Position numbers and translations under genes: made by a program. A stretch of DNA of 64,000 nucleotides from an uncultured Rivularia sp. Its GTDB lineage: Bacteria > Cyanobacteriota > Cyanobacteriia > Cyanobacteriales > Nostocaceae. The notes below the pieces were generated by a model. It searched no databases. It had not been told where the DNA came from and worked only from the letters and a program-made list of their open reading frames with translations. The DNA lies in assembly GCA_963665115.1 (NCBI GenBank), contig OY762007.1:1824001-1888000 (forward strand). Reading direction: 5' to 3'. Below are positions 21,539 to 31,636 of the stretch, piece after piece. Within the stretch, counting starts at the first letter, position 1. Each line of letters begins with the position of its first letter.

Positions 21539-21676
21539 CCTAACCCCCTAACCCCCTTCCCTGGTAGGGAAGGGGGAACTTAAGAAAATTTTAAAGCCTC
21601 TCTCCTTGCAGAGAGAAGCGCGTTGCGGAGGTTCCCTCCGTTGTAGCGATTTCGGAGAGAGAGGTTTGGAGAGAGG
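21539..21676. repeat. Palindromic intergenic repeats between convergent mutS and perR, with nested insert; likely terminator function
   Basis: cccccttccct-ggt-agggaaggggg; cctctctcc...ggagagagg interrupted by a cggagg..ctccg unit. Confidence 0.6.
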
Positions 21677-22102
21677 TCAAATTTGATCCTGGCAGCAATC
21701 GCAAACACCCTGCACCGTCAATTCGTATTTATCTACGGTTAATCCAGCACGAAGACCTTTAAAACTAATACCTTCAACCTGTTGCCAAAGAATATCTTCA
21801 ATACTTCCACATTTGTAGCAACGGAAGTGATGATGGGATGAAACGTTTGCATCGTAACGACAAACACCTTCTTCTAATAAAACTTCTCTAACTAAACCTA
21901 CATCTCTCAAGGCTTGAAGAGAACTATATATCGTGGCTTGAGAAGAAGTAGGACTGTTTTGATTTAAACTAATTAATATCTGTTCGGCAGTTGGATGATC
22001 TTGACGATTAAGTAGATTGGAATAAACTGCAAACCGCTGGGGTGTTACTCGCAACCCTTTAGACTTTAAAGTTTGGACAATTTTATCGGCTTGTTTTTCC
22101 AT
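21677..22102 (-). CDS. perR: Fur-family peroxide regulator PerR
   Basis: LRVTPQR, HPTAE, ATIY, HHHFRCYKCG, CDCC; divergent from a peroxiredoxin. Confidence 0.85.
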   Translation of the reverse strand: MEKQADKIVQTLKSKGLRVTPQRFAVYSNLLNRQDHPTAEQILISLNQNSPTSSQATIYSSLQALRDVGLVREVLLEEGVCRYDANVSSHHHFRCYKCGSIEDILWQQVEGISFKGLRAGLTVDKYELTVQGVCDCCQDQI

Positions 22103-22223
22103 ATCAGTGTTTGCTGTATTGTTTTTTTTAATTAATATAGGGCGGATTGAATCAAAAGATAGAACTAATCCGAGCAAAATTTTTTGTATAAGTATTAATT
22201 TAACAAAAAACTTAAAATAACCA

Positions 22224-22270
22224 ATGAGTAATTATCTCTATTGAATATTTTCTAAGTAAGAATTATTCTG
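22224..22270. promoter_or_regulatory. Candidate PerR boxes
   Basis: AGAAT-T-ATTCT palindrome at ~22259-22269 and GAGTAATTATCTC at ~22226-22238, between perR and prx. Confidence 0.45.
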
Positions 22271-22337
22271 ATTTAGGACTTAATCAAGTTTTTGCTCAAT
22301 AGAGCGCAACATGAGTCAAAAAAATCAGGAGGTAACT

Positions 22338-22910
22338 ATGGCTGCAATCGAACAGGTTCCTAACGTCGTCTTTAAAACTCGTGTCCGCGATGAGTCAGTT
22401 CCTGGCCCCAACCCTTATCGTTGGGAAGATAAAACGACTCAAGATATTTTTGGCGGTAAAAAAGTTGTAGTATTCTCTTTGCCCGGTGCGTTTACTCCCA
22501 CCTGCTCTTCCAATCACTTGCCACGCTATGAAGAACTCTATGATGAGTTTAAAGCTTTGGGTGTAGATCAAATCATCTGCGTTTCTGTAAATGATGCTTT
22601 TGTGATGTTCCAGTGGGGTAAGCAAGTTGGGGCAAAGAATGTCTTTTTACTTCCCGATGGCAGCGGTGAATTTACCCGCAAAATGGGAATGCTTGTTGAT
22701 AAATCAAATTTAGGTTTCGGATATCGTTCTTGGCGCTATTCCATGCTGGTGAACGATGGCAAAATTGAAAAGATGTTCGTTGAACCTAATTTTGGTGATA
22801 ACTGCCCCACCGATCCTTTTGAGGTTTCCGACGCTGATACCATGTTGGCTTATCTAAAGGGAGGTAAATCTGCTGGTGTTTCCGAACCTCGTCGCGAATT
22901 TGTAGGATAA
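22338..22910 (+). CDS. Type II peroxiredoxin (Prx5-like)
   Basis: [29 protein letters not shown]. Confidence 0.95.
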   Translation: MAAIEQVPNVVFKTRVRDESVPGPNPYRWEDKTTQDIFGGKKVVVFSLPGAFTPTCSSNHLPRYEELYDEFKALGVDQIICVSVNDAFVMFQWGKQVGAKNVFLLPDGSGEFTRKMGMLVDKSNLGFGYRSWRYSMLVNDGKIEKMFVEPNFGDNCPTDPFEVSDADTMLAYLKGGKSAGVSEPRREFVG

Positions 22911-23214
22911 CCGAAGAATTTTAGAGTTTGCGGAAAGTTGATCGGCTCGGTTTCCGGAGCCACTTGCGTGCGGAGGTAATCTCCGTTGAGCAAAGTGGCG
23001 TTCCCATTAAAATTTTCAAGACGGATTTTGGATTTCTCTCATCAGTGGAATCCAATTCAAAATCCCTTAAAAATCTAAATACTTTTGTACAAAAAATCAA
23101 ATTAAGCCTTTAAAAATACCTTTCATAGTAAATTGCAGATAAGAAAGTTTAAAATTGATTTTAGTTAAATTAATTTAAATTAATTTTTTTTATCTGACTT
23201 CTTGCATTAGTGTC

Positions 23215-23312
23215 ATAAACCGGGTTTCTTGCTGGTTGTATAACGTGCGAAATCATGTTTTAACCAATAGAAACCCGGTTTCTTCAGGCTTATTGAGAAT
23301 GGTGGAAGATGT
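23215..23312. repeat. AAACCGGGTTTCT inverted repeat with 39-nt loop, beside a GAGAATGGTGGAAGATGT MITE-like end
   Basis: Stem sequence recurs at 58690-58717; end motif recurs at 61765-61862. Confidence 0.6.
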
Positions 23313-23378
23313 GAATTTAATTAAAAATTTCCCTGTTCCTTTTTCAATTTAAATTCAAATTAAATAGGAGTCGTCTGC

Positions 23379-24368
23379 ATGAAACTAACTAAAAAGAATC
23401 TTGCCGAGCGTGCGGATACATTATACGATGCAATCGTTGTCGGTGGTGGAATGGGTGGTTTATCGGCTGCAATTTATCTTGCTCGCTACGGTTTAAGATG
23501 TCTCGTAATTGAAAAAGGAAAGGGACGTTCGATATGGATGCAAGATTTACGGAATTATGTGGGATTAAGTCCAGAGACTAGCGGATGTTCGATTGTGAAT
23601 CAATCTACCAAGCAAGCTATTGAATGGGGTGCAGACCATTTACAGGGATTTGTGCAAGATGTTACCGATGAAGGCGATACCTTTACAGTTAAAACTAAAA
23701 TTGGTAGAACAGATGATATTTATCAAGTATTTAGAAGTAAATATTTGATTGCTGCATCGGGGGTAATTGATGTTTTACCCGAATTGGAAAATATGCAGAA
23801 TGTGTATGACTATGCCGGGTATACATTACACGTCTGCATGATTTGTGATGGTTTTGATATGTGGGATCGACGTGCAGTTTTGATTGCAGGTAAAGAGTCT
23901 CAAATTAATGCTGCATTCGTGATGAATTGGTTTACTCCTTATATTACGGTGTTGACTCACGGATTGTGTGAAGTCAGCGATGAAATGAAACAGAAATTAG
24001 CAGATTACGGCTATCCGCTTTACGAAAAAAAGATTGCTAAATTCTTGGGTGAGAAACATCAAATGAGTGGTGTTGAACTAGAAGACGGTACGGTAATTAA
24101 AGCGACAACTGGTTTAATTAATATGGGTTCGATTTACCACAATAAATATTTGAAGGGTATAGATGGATTAGAGTGGGATGGTGAAAATTTAGTCACTCAT
24201 GATTTAGCTCAAACTACTCACGAGCGTATCTTTGCTTTGGGAGATTTAAAAAAGGGATTGAATCAAGTATCCGTTGCAGTCGCTGATGGTACAATGGCAG
24301 CCACTCAAATCTGGCGAAATATTCGCAGAGCAAGCGAGCCTCGTAAGTGGGAAGAGAATATCAAATAA
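23379..24368 (+). CDS. Thioredoxin-reductase-like NAD(P)/FAD oxidoreductase
   Basis: GGGMGGLSAA, CMICDG, IFALGD, QVSVAVADG. Confidence 0.9.
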   Translation: MKLTKKNLAERADTLYDAIVVGGGMGGLSAAIYLARYGLRCLVIEKGKGRSIWMQDLRNYVGLSPETSGCSIVNQSTKQAIEWGADHLQGFVQDVTDEGDTFTVKTKIGRTDDIYQVFRSKYLIAASGVIDVLPELENMQNVYDYAGYTLHVCMICDGFDMWDRRAVLIAGKESQINAAFVMNWFTPYITVLTHGLCEVSDEMKQKLADYGYPLYEKKIAKFLGEKHQMSGVELEDGTVIKATTGLINMGSIYHNKYLKGIDGLEWDGENLVTHDLAQTTHERIFALGDLKKGLNQVSVAVADGTMAATQIWRNIRRASEPRKWEENIK

Positions 24369-24534
24369 TTGGGCATGGGGGATTGGGGATGGGTAATTGA
24401 AAATTATTTACATTACTCTCATCATTCTCAATTCTTAATTACCAATGCCCCATACCCAATTTCCACCATTTGAGAAACTACCGAAAAGTTGATACCGTCT
24501 GAAGATTAATAAATCAAATTTTGGGACTTTCAGC

Positions 24535-26256
24535 TTGAATCGGTCAAACTACTGGCAACTTTTACCTTATATCCGTCCCCAATCGCAAACTATCGCTAAG
24601 GGTTTTGTGGGAATTATCGGATATGTAATCGCGACATTGGGATTAATTAAGCTTGTAGAAGAGTTAGCAACTCCCTTTGGACAAGGAAATGTTTTAGAGA
24701 TAGCGAAACTTGCGGTTATCTTAGCGGGAGTTTTCTTAGTTAGGGGATTTTTTCAGTCAGTACAAGATATTTACATGGCAAAAGCTGCTTTGAGAGTAGC
24801 TTATAATCTCCGCAAGCAGGTTTACGCTCATCTGCAAAAGCTGAATCTTAGCTACTTTGAAACTGCCAAAGCTGGAGATTTATCTTACCGACTTACTGAA
24901 GATGTGGATAGAGTTGGGGAAGTTGTCCACAAGATGTTTCACGATTTTATTCCTTCCTCGCTACAGTTAATTGCCATTCCCATATACATGATTTACCTTA
25001 GTTGGCAACTAACCTTAGCAACATTAGTTATTGCTCCCTTGATGGGTGTGTTGATTGCTTGGTTTGGCGATCGCTTACAAAAGTTATCTCGTCGCAGTCA
25101 AAATCATGTATCCGATCTATCGGCAATTTTAACTGAGGTGTTTGGCGGAATTCGGATTATACAAGCGTTTGCGGCGGAGTCTTACGAAGTTGCTCGGTTT
25201 AGTAAGGAAGCGGAAGGTACATTAAAAGCTAAGTATAATACCGAACGATTAAAAGCGATTCAAATTCCGATTATCGGATTTTTACAGGCATTAAGTTTTT
25301 TATTATTATTATTTTTTGCAGCTTGGCAGATTTCTATTGACAATATTACAGTTGGAACCTTTTTTAGCTATCTTTCGGCAGCAGCTTTATTAATCGATCC
25401 TGTAGGACATACTACTAATAACTATAATTTATTTAAGGAAGGGGAAGCTTCTGTTGATAGAGTTTTTGAATTATTAGCAATTAAAGCAGCGGTGGTGGAA
25501 AAATCTGATGCAATAATTCTTCCCAGAGTTACGGGTAAGGTAGAATATCGTAACGTTAGCTTTGCGTATGAAGCAGATAAACCCATAATTCAAAACGTTG
25601 ATTTATTAGCAATGCCGGGAGAAGCAATCGCTCTTGTTGGTGCTTCGGGTGCTGGTAAAACTACATTTGTCAATCTTTTACCGCGTTTTTATGACGCTCA
25701 AAAAGGTGAAATATTAATCGATGGAATAGATATAAAAGATGTTACTTTACATAGTTTGCGGCGACAAATTGGCATAGTACCCCAAGAAACCGTGATGTTT
25801 TCCGGTACAATTGCTGGAAATATAGCTTTCGGACAAACCGAATTTGAGATGAAAGCCGTTGAGGAAGCAGCGAAAATCGCCAACGCACACGATTTTATCA
25901 CTCAAATGCCCGATGGATATTATACCGTAGTTGGGGAACGCGGTGCGAGTTTATCTGGCGGACAAAGACAAAGAATTGCGATCGCACGTGCTGTATTATT
26001 AAATCCGAGAATTTTGATTTTAGATGAAGCGACATCTGCATTAGATTCGGAATCGGAAGCATTAGTACAGGAAGCATTGGAAAGATTGATGGTAAATCGC
26101 ACGGTGTTTATAATAGCTCACCGTTTGAGTACCGTGAGGAAATGCGACAGAATTTTAGTAATGGAACATGGGGAAGTAGTTGAATCGGGTACCCATGATG
26201 AATTGTTAGCCTTTGAGCGTCGTTATGCCAGATTTTATGCGCGGCAGTTTAGTTGA
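24535..26256 (+). CDS. ABC exporter, fused permease/ATPase (MsbA-like)
   Basis: GASGAGKT, LSGGQRQR, LILDEATSALD; N-terminal TM domain. Confidence 0.95.
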   Translation: MNRSNYWQLLPYIRPQSQTIAKGFVGIIGYVIATLGLIKLVEELATPFGQGNVLEIAKLAVILAGVFLVRGFFQSVQDIYMAKAALRVAYNLRKQVYAHLQKLNLSYFETAKAGDLSYRLTEDVDRVGEVVHKMFHDFIPSSLQLIAIPIYMIYLSWQLTLATLVIAPLMGVLIAWFGDRLQKLSRRSQNHVSDLSAILTEVFGGIRIIQAFAAESYEVARFSKEAEGTLKAKYNTERLKAIQIPIIGFLQALSFLLLLFFAAWQISIDNITVGTFFSYLSAAALLIDPVGHTTNNYNLFKEGEASVDRVFELLAIKAAVVEKSDAIILPRVTGKVEYRNVSFAYEADKPIIQNVDLLAMPGEAIALVGASGAGKTTFVNLLPRFYDAQKGEILIDGIDIKDVTLHSLRRQIGIVPQETVMFSGTIAGNIAFGQTEFEMKAVEEAAKIANAHDFITQMPDGYYTVVGERGASLSGGQRQRIAIARAVLLNPRILILDEATSALDSESEALVQEALERLMVNRTVFIIAHRLSTVRKCDRILVMEHGEVVESGTHDELLAFERRYARFYARQFS

Positions 26257-26544
26257 TATTTAGATATAGATTGTTAAATTATCAATTGAATTATTGATTT
26301 TAAAACGCAGAGGAAAGCAGAGTGTTTTGCATTCATCTTTTTGATAATTGGTATTATATAACTTTTAAATGTGATGATGGGAGTCGTGAGGAATTTTCAG
26401 TAAGCAGTCAAAAATAGGGAATTATATTTTAGAAAATCAAAAAAATGATTTCATTCGCGCTTTATAATATGCTATCTTTCTTTACCTCTTCTTCCGTGCC
26501 CTCTGCGTCTCTGCGGTTTTTATATCATATAGATACTACCGAAC

Positions 26545-26631
26545 ATAACCCAAGTTTCGATTAACTAACTTAAGGTGTAACGGAGCATAACTTAACATAA
26601 TTGTTGGGTTACACTCCCTTAACCTAACCTA
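26545..26631 (-). repeat. GTAG-led REP-like palindromes overlapping the Uma2 stop
   Basis: Minus strand GTAGGTTAGGTTAAGGGAGTGTAACCCAAC plus degenerate neighbours. Confidence 0.55.
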
Positions 26632-27260
26632 CTAATCACCCAACCCCGAAATGCTTTCATAATTTTATTTCTTCCCTCGCTTTTACTTCTTTCTAAATAC
26701 TGAGGAATTATTTCACTCAGGGGAAAACCAGGAAAATGAGGACTTTCTTTTACTTGAATATATTTACCCTTTCGCAAAACGTTAATTTCTAATTCCCTAC
26801 CGTTAAACCTCCACAATTCTCCTACACCCAAAACTTCGTAATTATCAAAACGAGTTCTAGATGTAAGATCAATTTCCAAAGCTATATCGGGTGGGGGATC
26901 TATATTCAAATCTATACGCTTTTTCCCCCGTATTGCTGCTTCGTTTTCAATATAGAAACAATCATCTGCTTCTATACCCCGCTTCATAGATTCGCTTTTA
27001 AAAGTTGTTGAACCTAAACTTCTAAATTCAATATCAAGCTCTTCCAGAAGCACTTTTACCAAGTCAGCAATAATGACTTTATCATCTTCATGCTCCGGCA
27101 AGGGCACCATGATTTCTAAAACTCCCCCACTATAATTAATTCGGGAACCCCGTTTTTCCCCAAACTCTTCTAGCAGTTGCTCGTACATCAACCAGGTAAC
27201 ATCAGTCATTATAAGTTGTTGTCCCGGAGGAACTACAATTTGTTCGAGTTGTACTTGCAT
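26619..27260 (-). CDS. Uma2 (DUF820) family endonuclease
   Basis: LEIMVPLPEHE, GSTTF, EADDCFY, PPPDIALEID. Confidence 0.92.
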   Translation of the reverse strand: MQVQLEQIVVPPGQQLIMTDVTWLMYEQLLEEFGEKRGSRINYSGGVLEIMVPLPEHEDDKVIIADLVKVLLEELDIEFRSLGSTTFKSESMKRGIEADDCFYIENEAAIRGKKRIDLNIDPPPDIALEIDLTSRTRFDNYEVLGVGELWRFNGRELEINVLRKGKYIQVKESPHFPGFPLSEIIPQYLERSKSEGRNKIMKAFRGWVISRLG

Positions 27261-27322
27261 AGTTTCCTTCCCCGGAGAGTTTTAACTTACTAATATTGTA
27301 AAAATTATTTTTGAATTTAAAT

Positions 27323-27856
27323 TTACCTTTTAGTCATATCCACAACCACATCAACCGTAAGCTCTGGCAATTCACCCAAAGTCGGTAAAATATCCTCTCC
27401 TGAAAGAACAACAGGTAATTCATCTCCTACCCAAACCCAAACTTGTTGACGAGTTATGTCTATCAACCAAGCCAATTGGGTTCCATTGCTCAAACAGTGA
27501 AGAATTTTATTTTGTAAATCTATAGTACTTTGGTTGGGAGAACGAATTTCAATTAACCAATCCGGCGCTCCTTCAAAGGCTCCATCTTCATCGGGAATTC
27601 TTTCACAAGCAATTACAGAAATATCGGGTACTGGAGATTGTAAGAGTACAATACATCTTAATTCTTGTATAGCTTCAAACTGCTCGGTATTATTATTTAT
27701 ATAATTTACTAAATTGCGTTGCAACCGCGAGTGAAAAAGAGTTGGCATCGGTTTTTGCAGCGCTTCCCCATTTATTAATTCCCATGCGGGGGAAGCCTCA
27801 ATATTAGGTTGAGAAAGAAATTCAGTTAAAGGCGTTGTTGCAATTAATTTTATCAT
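27323..27856 (-). CDS. Uma2 (DUF820) family endonuclease
   Basis: ELING..KPMP..HS, PVPDI, APDWLIEIRSP, WLID. Confidence 0.9.
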   Translation of the reverse strand: MIKLIATTPLTEFLSQPNIEASPAWELINGEALQKPMPTLFHSRLQRNLVNYINNNTEQFEAIQELRCIVLLQSPVPDISVIACERIPDEDGAFEGAPDWLIEIRSPNQSTIDLQNKILHCLSNGTQLAWLIDITRQQVWVWVGDELPVVLSGEDILPTLGELPELTVDVVVDMTKR

Positions 27857-27987
27857 TTTTAAATTTATTCACCACCTCAATTAAGGATATCAATTACGAA
27901 TTATTCTTCCCCCTCTTCCCCTAAAAATAATATGCTACTAAATAGGGTAGTTTCATTCATCAAACTCCTATTGTACAAGAGGTCAAG

Positions 27988-28599
27988 ATGGTAAAGACAC
28001 CTACCACTCCACACGAAACCTTTTTGCTTGAATTACCCAAAACCATTGGATTATACGTTACTCAAGAACAGTTTTTAGCTTTAAGTGCAGCAAACCGAGA
28101 TTTGAAACTTGAAAGAAATGCACAAGGAGAATTAATTGTGAATCCACCAACTGGTTGGGAAACTGGAAAACGTAATTCGAGTATTTCGGGGGAATTGTAT
28201 TTGTGGTGGCGCAATTCTGGTGAATCGGGGTTAGTTTTTGATTCTTCTACTGGCTTCATTTTACCCAACAGTGCTACTCGCTCTCCGGATGCTTCTTGGG
28301 TTTCTCAACAACGATGGGATGCACTTACAACTGAACAAAAAGGAACTTTTGCTAATATCTGCCCCGATTTTGTGGTTGAATTACGGTCTAGTTCCGATAG
28401 AATTGAGACTTTGCAAGCTAAGATGAAGGAATATACAGAAAATAGCGCGAGATTAGGCTGGTTGCTCGATCCGCAAAATCGCAGAGTAGAAATTTATCAA
28501 CCAGGAATAGAAGTTAAAGTATTAGAAAATCCCGCTGAATTGTCCGGTAAAGATGTTTTACCTGGTTTTGTGCTGAATTTACGTAGGGTGTGGAATTGA
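27988..28599 (+). CDS. Uma2 (DUF820) family endonuclease
   Basis: LERNAQGEL, FDSSTGF, SPDASWV, CPDFVVELRS. Confidence 0.93.
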   Translation: MVKTPTTPHETFLLELPKTIGLYVTQEQFLALSAANRDLKLERNAQGELIVNPPTGWETGKRNSSISGELYLWWRNSGESGLVFDSSTGFILPNSATRSPDASWVSQQRWDALTTEQKGTFANICPDFVVELRSSSDRIETLQAKMKEYTENSARLGWLLDPQNRRVEIYQPGIEVKVLENPAELSGKDVLPGFVLNLRRVWN

Positions 28600-28676
28600 A
28601 AATTAATACATAACCATGCTTCTAAGAAGATTATTAAAATCTCTAACCTCAAAATTATTAATCCCCATATACACCA

Positions 28677-28715
28677 ATCCCCACTCAATAATTACTGAGT
28701 GAGGATTAATTTTAT
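28677..28715 (+). terminator. Hairpin downstream of Uma2
   Basis: atccccactca-ataattac-tgagtgaggat followed by an AT-rich tail. Confidence 0.45.
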
Positions 28716-28724
28716 ATTCAACAA

Positions 28725-28915
28725 TATTCTGTTTACTCATAACTATTCTCCCAAAGAACAAATTTATGGTAAACTCCTTATTACGTTCGCCTCTAAAATC
28801 GAACGCAAAGACGAAACCCCTGAACTGTATACGGGGAACATCTACCTTTCTTCTTAAAACATCACTTGAATTACTATAATTAATGTAATTCTGTGGGAAA
28901 CCAAAATTTAGCGGT
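28725..28915 (+). ncRNA. 6S RNA (SsaA)-like structured RNA; ends approximate
   Basis: Nested stems GGTAAA/TCTACC, CGTTCG/CGAACG, CCCC/GGGG and outer TCCCAAAGAA/TTCTGTGGGA; resembles my recollection of the cyanobacterial 6S core. Confidence 0.55.
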
Positions 28916-29151
28916 ATTTAAATAGATGCTTTATCTATCTAAACTTCAGCAATATTAACCTTTGACAATTTCTATTGCTGATACAAATGATACCAAATAA
29001 AACTAACATGAGGTTATATAATTTCCTTTACATTAGTTTTATTTATTGAATCGGCAATTATAATAATAAAAACTGTAATGTAATTTGAATATTTATCGTC
29101 AGACGATATAGGCTATCAAGCATAGATAGATATTAAGCGCGGAAAAATTCT

Positions 29152-29940
29152 ATGCAGCAGTCTAACAATAATTCTGGAGATACTCTACGGCAACTTGTAA
29201 CCTTAGCTGCTGTAGTAATTGCTTTTATCGTCAATGTTTTATCAAATATCTTCCCGCTTAACGGACTTACCATTGGCGGAATATCTAATACTTTATTCAA
29301 AGACGTTTTAATCGTTCCCGCTAATTATGCTTTTGCTATCTGGGGATTAATTTACCTCGGATTATTCGCTTTCGCAATTTATCAAGTCTTACCTTCCCAA
29401 CGAGAAAATCCCAATTTACGCAAAACCGGATATTTATTAACTATTGCATCCCTTGCTCAAAGTATTTGGGTGTATTTATTTTTATCCCGGTTTTTTGTTG
29501 CTTCGGTTGCAGCAATGCTGTTAATTTTAATACCATTAATTTTCATGTATCTGGGCTTGAAAATTGGAACTACATCAGCATCACGCGCTGAAAAATGGTT
29601 TATTCGCTACCCAATTAGCATTTATCTTGGTTGGATAAGCGTTGCGACTATCGTTAATATAGCAAGTGCTTTATATATCAATAATTGGAATGGCTTCGGA
29701 ATCTCCGCTGAAACATGGACTGCAATTATGGTAATTATCGCCACATTTATAGCCACACTTTCAATCACTCAGCGTCAAGACATTACATACAGTGGTGTTA
29801 CAGTATGGGCATTAACTGCGATCGCGATTAAGCACTGGGAAAATTCAAACTTGAAGATAGTAGCACTATCAGGCATTTTCCTACTTGTGGCAATCGGCTT
29901 ATTCTCTAAATTCACACAATCAAAGGTTAAAGGTTATTAG
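29152..29940 (+). CDS. TspO/MBR-like tryptophan-rich membrane protein
   Basis: PANYAFAIWGLIY, SIYLGWISVAT. Confidence 0.8.
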   Translation: MQQSNNNSGDTLRQLVTLAAVVIAFIVNVLSNIFPLNGLTIGGISNTLFKDVLIVPANYAFAIWGLIYLGLFAFAIYQVLPSQRENPNLRKTGYLLTIASLAQSIWVYLFLSRFFVASVAAMLLILIPLIFMYLGLKIGTTSASRAEKWFIRYPISIYLGWISVATIVNIASALYINNWNGFGISAETWTAIMVIIATFIATLSITQRQDITYSGVTVWALTAIAIKHWENSNLKIVALSGIFLLVAIGLFSKFTQSKVKGY

Positions 29941-30041
29941 ATTTTAGATTAGGAGTTAAGAGTATAGAAGTTAGAAGTTAACAATTTTTAATTGTCTCCC
30001 CATCTCCCTCTCCGGGAGCATCCATGCCCAATGCCCAATTT

Positions 30042-30431
30042 CTAAATCGATTCTAAATAACTTAACAAGTCCGCCATTTCCTCCACGTTAGGCTGGAATT
30101 TGGGCATTGGGGGCGTATCTCCGCTGATTACTTGATGAATTAGCCCATAACGAGATTTACGTTTAGATACGGCTTCTAGAGAAGGACCTACACTTCCCGT
30201 TGCTTCCAAGCCATGACAGCCAGCGCAGTTAATCTGAAAAATTGCGTGTCCTTGAACGGGGTTTCCTGGCTTAGAGAGTACATTTTTAATATAGGGATCG
30301 GAAGTTCTTACCATATTTACAGCAAAAATGCCTAATAGGATTGCTAGCAAAACCGCTAACGAAAAGAACGCGATTCGCCCTATTAGAGTGTCCGGTTTGA
30401 TAATCTGGTTATCCAAAAGGTTTGCTGTCAA
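30042..30431 (-). CDS. cytM: Cytochrome cM (start possibly TTG at 30416)
   Basis: TM anchor, DPYI..VL, CAGCH, GPSL, TPPMPKF; divergent from petG. Confidence 0.85.
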   Translation of the reverse strand: MTANLLDNQIIKPDTLIGRIAFFSLAVLLAILLGIFAVNMVRTSDPYIKNVLSKPGNPVQGHAIFQINCAGCHGLEATGSVGPSLEAVSKRKSRYGLIHQVISGDTPPMPKFQPNVEEMADLLSYLESI

Positions 30432-30624
30432 AGTCGGTGTCTACAAAAAATATTTCATTTCCTACACATAGCTTAAAAGTTCTTGACTGTCTCTGCAAGC
30501 ACCAATCGTCATTTTCTGCACCTGGAATATGGCTCTAATTCTTTATAGGAGCGCTGTTTGCCAACTCTTGATGGTAAAATGAAAATAGTAAACAAATATG
30601 AAAAATTGCAATAAGGAGGCGACT

Positions 30625-30738
30625 ATGGTTGAACCTTTACTTGATGGTATGGTTCTAGGTTTAGTTTTCGTTACTTTAGCTGGTTTATTTTATAAAGCTT
30701 ACGAACAATACAAACGTGGTAACGAACTCGGACTTTAA
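30625..30738 (+). CDS. petG: Cytochrome b6f subunit V (37 aa; missing from the ORF track)
   Basis: AAGGAGG RBS; translates to [37 protein letters not shown]. Confidence 0.95.
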   Translation: MVEPLLDGMVLGLVFVTLAGLFYKAYEQYKRGNELGL

Positions 30739-30940
30739 TCGCGATCGATTACCAGCGATCGGACATCGATCCCTGGTAATTGGTAGGTATAATTTGCGGA
30801 AAACTGAATAACACAAAATCTTCATTTAGTCCTCTTCTAGAGGACTTTTGCTATATCGCTACAGTTATTCTTCCAAATTCCCATACTATTTTTAATTGGG
30901 TAATTGTTAAGGAAAAAGCTTAAAAATACAGCCCTACTGC

Positions 30941-31480
30941 TTACTGATAACTGTAAAAACTCACAGCAGTATTGCCATAAAATTTTTGACGGCATATTTC
31001 CCAATTTAGAATTTGTGGTGGTGTCCATAATTTGGGATTATGTTCTACTGCGATTTCTCCATTAATATCTAGAATCCGACTCCGAGCAATGGCTTCTAAA
31101 ACTGGCTCGTATAAATCGCTTGCATAAGGTGGATCGAAATAAATTCTGTCAAACTGCTGTTCGCGAAGTTTGGGCAACTGCTGTAATATATCTCCTTGCA
31201 AAAGTTTCCATTCTTGTTCGGAACTTGCTAAGGGTTGCCAATTCTCTTTTATGATACCGCAGGCACTCTTAGACTTCTCAACACCAACTACAAGGCTAGC
31301 TCCTCGACACAAAGCTTCTGCACCCATAGAACCCGTTCCGGTGCATAAATCTAACCAGCGACAATCTGCAATTCTTCCCTGCCAAATATTAAATATGGCT
31401 TCTCTTACCCGTGCTTGAGTAGGTCTGGTTTGCTTCCCTGGTAATGTTTTTAACTGACGATTTCCGTAAATTCTTAGCAA
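30941..31480 (-). CDS. rsmD: 16S rRNA m2G966 methyltransferase
   Basis: LRIYG..TRPT..RVREAIFN, LDLCTGTG.MGAEAL.RGA, FDPPY. Confidence 0.92.
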   Translation of the reverse strand: MLRIYGNRQLKTLPGKQTRPTQARVREAIFNIWQGRIADCRWLDLCTGTGSMGAEALCRGASLVVGVEKSKSACGIIKENWQPLASSEQEWKLLQGDILQQLPKLREQQFDRIYFDPPYASDLYEPVLEAIARSRILDINGEIAVEHNPKLWTPPQILNWEICRQKFYGNTAVSFYSYQ

Positions 31481-31636
31481 AATAATTTTCGTGTCGTCGA
31501 GGATTTTAGCGACAATAGTATCCTTCACTGCCAAATATTGAATATAGCAGAAAACACGAATTGAATTGTTACATCATACCAGAATTGTTTGCATTGGCAA
31601 TTAAATATAAGATACGAAGGCAATTAATTTAACAGC

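Noticed and set aside
28768..28846. Glutamine (glnA) riboswitch or hammerhead ribozyme
   Set aside because: Lacks the CGGAAGTA junction and the CTGANGA core; a 6S-like fold fits better
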